DNA from: Flavobacterium sp.
GTDB lineage: Bacteria > Bacteroidota > Bacteroidia > Flavobacteriales > Flavobacteriaceae
Direction of reading: 5' to 3'
DNA length: 64,000 nt
NCBI RefSeq assembly: GCF_013823965.1
Contig: NZ_PNNA01000005.1
Span: 5,419 to 69,418 of the forward strand
Numbering within the stretch: the first letter of the stretch is position 1; every line of letters begins with the position of its first letter. This document shows, piece after piece, positions 59,356 to 64,000 of the stretch. Under the pieces are notes generated by a model. The model did no database searches. It had not been told where the DNA came from and saw nothing but the letters and a program-made list of their open reading frames with translations. Position numbers and translations under genes: made by a program.

Positions 59356-59384
59356 CATTTGTGTAAAAAACTACAAATGTTTTT
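59356..59384 (+). terminator. rho-independent terminator after the barrel gene
   Basis: Stem catttgt/acaaatg followed by Ts. Confidence 0.7.
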
Positions 59385-59406
59385 CCAATAAATTTAAATT
59401 AGAAGA

Positions 59407-59451
59407 AGAGGATTCTCGTTCCAATTAGTATGAGTTTATCCTCTTTTTTTT
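59407..59451 (+). terminator. second tandem terminator
   Basis: Stem agaggat/atcctct followed by a 7-8 nt T run. Confidence 0.7.
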
Positions 59452-59562
59452 GGATAGGGAAAACAAAGAAGTCTTTTTGAAATCATTGGTCGTAAAGCCT
59501 TGATTTAATTGGGATTGAACTGTGTGAAAATAGAAAAATTAGGGTTAAAATAATTTTTAAGT

Positions 59563-59576
59563 ATGATAAATATCAT
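59563..59576. promoter_or_regulatory. ATGAT-aaat-ATCAT palindrome upstream of the NrfC-like gene (candidate Crp/Fnr-family site)
   Basis: TGAT-N4-ATCA core, centre about 112 nt upstream of the ATG at 59682. Confidence 0.35.
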
Positions 59577-59681
59577 TGAAATTTAGCCACAAAATTCTGA
59601 AATTTACAAGGCAATTAAGCCAACTTATTTTAAATAAGTGTAATGCATTTTGTGATTAATTTCTAAAAGCAATATAACAAT

Positions 59682-60617
59682 ATGGAAAAAGAAAATAACA
59701 ATTCAAGCCGCCGTAATTTCCTAAGGCTAGGTGCTTTGGGAGGGATAGCCTTGGCAGGAACTGCAATTGCTAAAGCAGTTACTGATGAAAGTCCAAAAAC
59801 TACTGGCAAAAAAGTCAAAGTTCTTACTGCTGATGGAAAATTAATAGAAATAGACAGTTCTCACGTTGATCACCATGCCTCAAATGACGGCTTCTCCAGT
59901 GAAGAAGTGCGACAAGGTGTTGAAGGTAAGAAATTTATAAGGGTTATTGATTTGGCCAAATGTGCCAACGAAAGAAAATGCATAACAGGATGTCAAAAAG
60001 CACATAATATTTTGGCTCCCATCGAGTATATCAAGGTAAAGAAAATGCAGGATTCAGAGCTTGCGGCTCCTTATTGGTTTCCTACAATGTGCTACCATTG
60101 CGACAATCCTCCATGCGTAAAAGTATGTCCGGTTGACGCCACCTTTAAACGTTCTGACGGAATAGTTGCCATGGATTACGATCGATGCATTGGTTGCAAA
60201 TTCTGTATGGCAGCTTGTCCATATTCTGCCCGTACGTTCAACTTTGGAAGACCCGAACAATTAAAATTTACCGAAGAGCATAAAAACGATACTTCAGATC
60301 CAAACCACTGTACAACTCCTTATGCACAAGAAGGAACTGTTGCAAAATGTGATTTCTGTACGGATCGTTCTGCAAAAGGATTATTGCCTGCATGTGTTGT
60401 CGAATGTCCAAATGGCGCCATATATCACGGTGACGAACTTGAAGACGTGGTTAGTAATGGTGAAGAAACCCTTAGATTGAAAAAACTATTGCAAGACAGG
60501 GCTGGATATCGTCAATTTGAAGAATTGGGAACTAAACCCCGCGTCTATTATTTGCCGCCTGTAGAACGTGATTTCCCGTTTGAAGATGCAGCCGAAGCAC
60601 AAAACACAAAAGAATAA
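59682..60617 (+). CDS. Tat-exported 4Fe-4S ferredoxin-type subunit (NrfC/PsrB/ActB2-like)
   Basis: 311 aa with twin-arginine signal SRRNFLRLG. Cys clusters: C-x5-C-x3-C, CYHCDNPPCVKVCP, CIGCKFCMAACP and CDFC...CVVECP. Confidence 0.88.
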   Translation: MEKENNNSSRRNFLRLGALGGIALAGTAIAKAVTDESPKTTGKKVKVLTADGKLIEIDSSHVDHHASNDGFSSEEVRQGVEGKKFIRVIDLAKCANERKCITGCQKAHNILAPIEYIKVKKMQDSELAAPYWFPTMCYHCDNPPCVKVCPVDATFKRSDGIVAMDYDRCIGCKFCMAACPYSARTFNFGRPEQLKFTEEHKNDTSDPNHCTTPYAQEGTVAKCDFCTDRSAKGLLPACVVECPNGAIYHGDELEDVVSNGEETLRLKKLLQDRAGYRQFEELGTKPRVYYLPPVERDFPFEDAAEAQNTKE

Positions 60618-60636
60618 TCTTTAAAACAGTAAAATT

Positions 60637-62016
60637 ATGTCTGAAGATATAAATATCACGGAATCTACCAATAAACACGAGACCTTTACCCAAGAAGAGT
60701 ATATGGTCATGAAAAATGACCTGCTCCGTCCCATCGAAAAAATTGGAAAAGCCGGTAAAATATGGATTGCATTCCTCATAACCGTTTTCTTGGCCGGAAT
60801 TTTTGCTTATTACATACAAGAAACAAGAGGAAAATATACAACTATTAGCCTAAGAGATTATACAATGTGGGGAATTTACATTTCCAACTTTTTGTTTATG
60901 GTTGCCATAGGTTTAGTGGGTGTGTTGATGTCGGCCATACTGAAACTCACCCATTTTGAATGGTACCGGCCTCTTTCCAGAATAGCAGAAGTTATCGCCA
61001 TTGGCGCCATAATGTTTGCCGGAATAAGCATCGTTGTAGCTATGGGGCGACCTGACAGGCTGTATAATTTGCTTTTGCACGGACGTATTCAATCCCCGAT
61101 TGTATGGGATGTTATCGGAATTTCGACTGATTTGGCAGCCAGTCTTATTTTACTTTTTATTCCGCTAATTCCTTCATTGATAACGTGTAGGAACAATTTG
61201 AAAAACTTGCCAAAATGGCAATTGAAAATGTACAATTTTCTTTCCTTTGGATGGCAAGGAACGCCGGAACAATGGAAAATATTGAAAAAAACAATGAGGA
61301 TTTTGACCATCTTGCTAATTCCTCTGGGTATTTTAATTTGTACCATTACGGCATGGTTATTTGCCACGACCCTCAGACCGGAATGGGACAGTACTAATTT
61401 TGGTGCCTATTTTGTTTCAAATGCCTTTTTGTTGAGTGTGGCCGTAATGACTTTATCCACTTTTATTTTTAGAAATGCATACAACTTGGAAAAATACTTG
61501 ACCGAACTGCATTTTGATAAATTGGGCAAAGCAATGGTATTAATGGCTTTAATTCACGGTTATTTCAACATAAACGAATACTTGATTCCAGCTTATAAAA
61601 TGTCCGGCTTGCATCAAAATCATCTCTTGAACTTATTCGTGGGCAAAGATGCTTTGTTTTATTGGTCTGTGGTGATTTTTGGAATTATAGTTCCTTTTTT
61701 GTTGCCATTGTTTCCCAAATTGCGAAAACCAATTCCTCTGACCATAATTTCGGTTATCGTATTGATAGCGGGTTGGTTTAGACTTTATTTAGTGGTTATT
61801 CCAGGATTATTGCAACCTTATCTTCCTATACAGGATGTTCCTGAATCGTGGACACATTACTTCCCAAGTTTGGTCGAAATGACTATCGTGGCAGCAACTT
61901 TTGCCGGTGTATTATTGATAGTGACCTTGTTCTCGAGGTTTTTCCCAATCGTTTCTGTTTGGGAAGTAGCCGAAGGCCAATTGGAAGGAAAAGAAGAAAT
62001 AATTAACTATAAATAA
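60637..62016 (+). CDS. NrfD/PsrC-family integral-membrane quinone-interacting subunit (long, ActC/HmcC-like form)
   Basis: 459 aa with about 10 hydrophobic segments by eye. Family-typical stretch GRPDRLYNLLLHGRIQSPIVWDV. Confidence 0.88.
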   Translation: MSEDINITESTNKHETFTQEEYMVMKNDLLRPIEKIGKAGKIWIAFLITVFLAGIFAYYIQETRGKYTTISLRDYTMWGIYISNFLFMVAIGLVGVLMSAILKLTHFEWYRPLSRIAEVIAIGAIMFAGISIVVAMGRPDRLYNLLLHGRIQSPIVWDVIGISTDLAASLILLFIPLIPSLITCRNNLKNLPKWQLKMYNFLSFGWQGTPEQWKILKKTMRILTILLIPLGILICTITAWLFATTLRPEWDSTNFGAYFVSNAFLLSVAVMTLSTFIFRNAYNLEKYLTELHFDKLGKAMVLMALIHGYFNINEYLIPAYKMSGLHQNHLLNLFVGKDALFYWSVVIFGIIVPFLLPLFPKLRKPIPLTIISVIVLIAGWFRLYLVVIPGLLQPYLPIQDVPESWTHYFPSLVEMTIVAATFAGVLLIVTLFSRFFPIVSVWEVAEGQLEGKEEIINYK

Positions 62017-62023
62017 TTCCCAG

Positions 62024-62575
62024 ATGGAAAAGTACAACTATTTTATAGCCACCTGCATGATGATTTTGTTCTCCTTGACAACTTCTAATGCCCAAGATAA
62101 AGAAGCCAAAATCACCTTGACTTTTGAAAAAGCGGATTCACTCTATGTGTGTAAAGCTTTGGTAACTTCTGATGGAATTCCGGTAAGCGAAGTACCCGTA
62201 AATTTATCAGTGAAACGCTTGTTTAGTAACCTCCCAATAGGTGATCCTGTGGCAACAGATTCCATTGGCGTGGCCACTTTTGAAGTGCCACAAGATATTC
62301 CTTCACGTAATGGAAAATTAATTATATTTGCTAATATAGTTGATGATGAGAACTATATGAACACTGAAACTAGCGGAACAGTCAATTGGGGTATGGTTGT
62401 TGTTAGTGATAACTCAAATATAGAAGACCGTTCCATTTCCGCAGGAAGAGATAAAGCTCCCATTTATTTTATAACGGCATCTCTTTTGATTATTTTCTTG
62501 ATATGGGGAACTTTATTTTATGCAGTATTGCAAGTATTTAAGATAAAACGATTAGGCAAAGCAAACATCGAATAA
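62024..62575 (+). CDS. hypothetical exported protein with C-terminal membrane anchor
   Basis: 183 aa with a signal peptide (SNAQD), a roughly 110-aa beta-rich domain and a C-terminal TM segment (IYFITASLLIIFLIWGTLFYAVL). No cofactor motif. Confidence 0.5.
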   Translation: MEKYNYFIATCMMILFSLTTSNAQDKEAKITLTFEKADSLYVCKALVTSDGIPVSEVPVNLSVKRLFSNLPIGDPVATDSIGVATFEVPQDIPSRNGKLIIFANIVDDENYMNTETSGTVNWGMVVVSDNSNIEDRSISAGRDKAPIYFITASLLIIFLIWGTLFYAVLQVFKIKRLGKANIE

Positions 62576-62606
62576 CAATTTAAAAACAACAATTAAAATT
62601 AAAACT

Positions 62607-63020
62607 ATGAAAAACATGAAAAAAATCCTTTTTGGGCTAGCTGTTTTGGCTGCCTTTACATTCACTCAAACTACTAATGCACAAGCAAAACCAAAAGGAA
62701 AAGAATGGAAAACTCCTGCGGCTGACGCCAAAAAGAAAAGTCCCATAAATTTGAGTGATGCTTCTGCCATTAGTGCAGGAAAATCACTTTGGGGAACCAA
62801 TTGCAAGTCTTGTCACGGTGTGAAAGGTCTTGGAGATGGAACAAAAGCGGAAAAAATTGATATTTCTTGCGGTGATTTCTCTTCAAAAGAATTTCAATCA
62901 TCTTCTGATGGAGATATGTTTTACAAAACAAAAATTGGTAGAAAACCAATGCCTTCTTACAAAGAAAAACTGAGCGATTCAGAAATTTGGCAATTAGTGG
63001 CCTACATGAGAACGATGTAA
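62607..63020 (+). CDS. monoheme class-I c-type cytochrome
   Basis: 137 aa with a signal peptide, CKSCH and a distal Met context GRKPMPSY. Confidence 0.85.
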   Translation: MKNMKKILFGLAVLAAFTFTQTTNAQAKPKGKEWKTPAADAKKKSPINLSDASAISAGKSLWGTNCKSCHGVKGLGDGTKAEKIDISCGDFSSKEFQSSSDGDMFYKTKIGRKPMPSYKEKLSDSEIWQLVAYMRTM

Positions 63021-63049
63021 AAATATTTTTTAAATTTATGATAAAAAAA

Positions 63050-63076
63050 GGGTTTGAGCAATCAAACCCTTTTTTT
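63050..63076 (+). terminator. rho-independent terminator of the NrfCD-like unit
   Basis: Stem gggtttg/caaaccc followed by a 7-nt T run. Confidence 0.8.
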
Positions 63077-63256
63077 GTGTGAATTTAGAAAACAACACTT
63101 TGCCACTGAAGTTGAAATTGCTGGATATGAATAATCAAAATTCTTTAGGATGCTATTCTTTGATGAAGGCGATAAACTTCAAGAGGCAATTTTGTTTCCC
63201 GATTTCTTCGTGTCAAAATACCGGGTTGAGTAGTAAGGTTCAGTCCTAAATTATTT

Positions 63257-63281
63257 TGTCAAATCGAGCGCAGTCGAGATG
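63257..63281. repeat. second copy of the tcgagcgcagtcgaga REP arm
   Basis: ttgtcaaatcgagcgcagtcgagatg is nearly identical to the reverse complement of 3433-3458. Confidence 0.75.
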
Positions 63282-63331
63282 TTCTATATGATAAATTATA
63301 ATTGATTAAATATATCCGCCCAAAAATCAGA

Positions 63332-63366
63332 ATAAAAAAAATCCTGTTAGCCTTGACCAACAGGAT
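63332..63366 (-). terminator. rho-independent terminator of the DUF2911 gene
   Basis: Stem atcctgtt/aacaggat. On the minus strand a long T run follows. Confidence 0.75.
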
Positions 63367-63388
63367 TCATTTTATAATTTTGGAGTTC

Positions 63389-64000
63389 TTATTTACTCCA
63401 CTCGGCAATACTGTCTTTGTTCATTTTTACATAGTCTTGATTTTTGGCTGCTTCAGCACCGGCAAGGGATATTTTTGCAGTTTCTATGGCTCCTTTTTTG
63501 TCGCCATTTTTGGCTTGGATCAATGACTTTAAACGATAATAATAAAAAGGTTTGTCTTTGCTCATTTCTAAAGCTTTGTTGCTGTAAATCAAGGCTTTTG
63601 AGATGTCTCCATTGGACTGGAATAAATATTGTGCCGATGCATAATAATCGCCGGCAGTGGGTCCAGCCAAAGCTTTGTCTATGCTCGCCATTGCTGTTTT
63701 TTGTGTTGGAACTTCAAACTTGATGGCCACCAATGTTTTTTCCCAAGATATTTCTAAATGGGCATAATTATGGTCCAGATTGTTGATGCCAATGGTAAGA
63801 CTTTCTACATTTCTGCCCAACATTTCAGGTTTGGCATTGGTTCTCAAGGCTACTTTTGTTTCGTCCCAAGTTTCAGGATTTCCCCAATTATTGGTGTCCG
63901 AATAGAAAACTATTTCCCAATTGTCGGCTCTTGGAGTTGTGTACAAAGCATATTTTCCTTTAGGCAATGTTTTTCCGTCTATAACGACATCGTCACTAAA
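63389..64000 (-). CDS. DUF2911 domain protein with C-terminal TPR-like region; N-terminus off the right edge
   Basis: The frame stays open to position 64000 (…FSDDVVIDGKTLPKGKYALYTTPRADNWEIVFY...). The track M at 63967 is a TTG inside the domain. Confidence 0.7.
   Translation of the reverse strand, partial: FSDDVVIDGKTLPKGKYALYTTPRADNWEIVFYSDTNNWGNPETWDETKVALRTNAKPEMLGRNVESLTIGINNLDHNYAHLEISWEKTLVAIKFEVPTQKTAMASIDKALAGPTAGDYYASAQYLFQSNGDISKALIYSNKALEMSKDKPFYYYRLKSLIQAKNGDKKGAIETAKISLAGAEAAKNQDYVKMNKDSIAEWSK

Noticed and set aside
63302-63723. Plus-strand ORFs of 74 aa and 82 aa opposite the DUF2911 gene.
   Set aside because: They are antisense shadows or span the terminator region. The minus-strand frame has a clear DUF2911/TPR-like sequence.
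1-64000. Searched by eye for transposases, integrases, phage genes, toxin-antitoxin pairs, restriction-modification genes, cas genes and other defence genes.
   Set aside because: None recognised. The only candidates for foreign DNA are the two low-GC ORFs in the arg operon and the repeat-flanked four-helix-bundle cassette.

Overview
The window looks like a gene-dense chromosomal segment from a Flavobacterium-like member of Bacteroidota. This is an inference from gene content, relaxed lipoboxes, low G+C and abundant short heptamer or REP-like intergenic repeats. I support about 62 protein-coding genes and one tRNA. I recognise no IS element, integrase, phage gene, CRISPR array or known defence gene.

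Gene order, left to right:
- Housekeeping and stress genes: a nitrilase-family amidase, DUF808, VOC, hsp20, clpB and ytxJ.
- A long minus-strand arginine/proline biosynthesis operon: GNAT-argG-argC-[low-GC ORF]-argD-[59-aa ORF]-proA-proB-argF'-argB-argE-argH. REP-like hairpins sit in almost every spacer.
- fahA and glyA.
- A pyruvate formate-lyase module: pflB-pflA plus an OFA-type MFS.
- A pentapeptide-repeat protein.
- A tripartite RND efflux operon.
- tRNA-Arg(ACG).
- A BlaI/BlaR1-like pair next to an MFS gene.
- Housekeeping genes: DUF1684, tatD, tcdA, a UbiA prenyltransferase, maf, an MscS-like channel, a PIG-L deacetylase and a Na+/solute symporter.
- A complete molybdenum-cofactor cluster: moaA, moeA, a ModE-N-like regulator, a TauE/SafE permease, a mobA-moaD in-frame fusion, moeB, moaE and moaC/B.

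The stand-out region is 56.8-63.0 kb. It is a self-contained redox cluster in two transcription units.
- Unit 1 encodes a hexaheme c-type cytochrome lipoprotein, a monoheme lipoprotein and an outer-membrane beta-barrel.
- Unit 2 encodes a Tat-exported NrfC-like 4Fe-4S protein, a roughly 10-TM NrfD-like quinone-interacting subunit, a membrane-anchored unknown protein and a monoheme cytochrome c.
- No catalytic subunit (molybdopterin, NosZ or CxxCK-type NrfA) is present.
- Both lipoprotein cytochromes have acidic residues right after the lipidated Cys, as in Bacteroidota surface-export signals.
- I therefore flag the cluster as a candidate uncharacterised quinol-to-cell-surface or periplasmic electron-transfer system.

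All functional calls rest on motif recognition by eye. No database search was run. Hairpin and repeat coordinates are good to about +/-2 nt.
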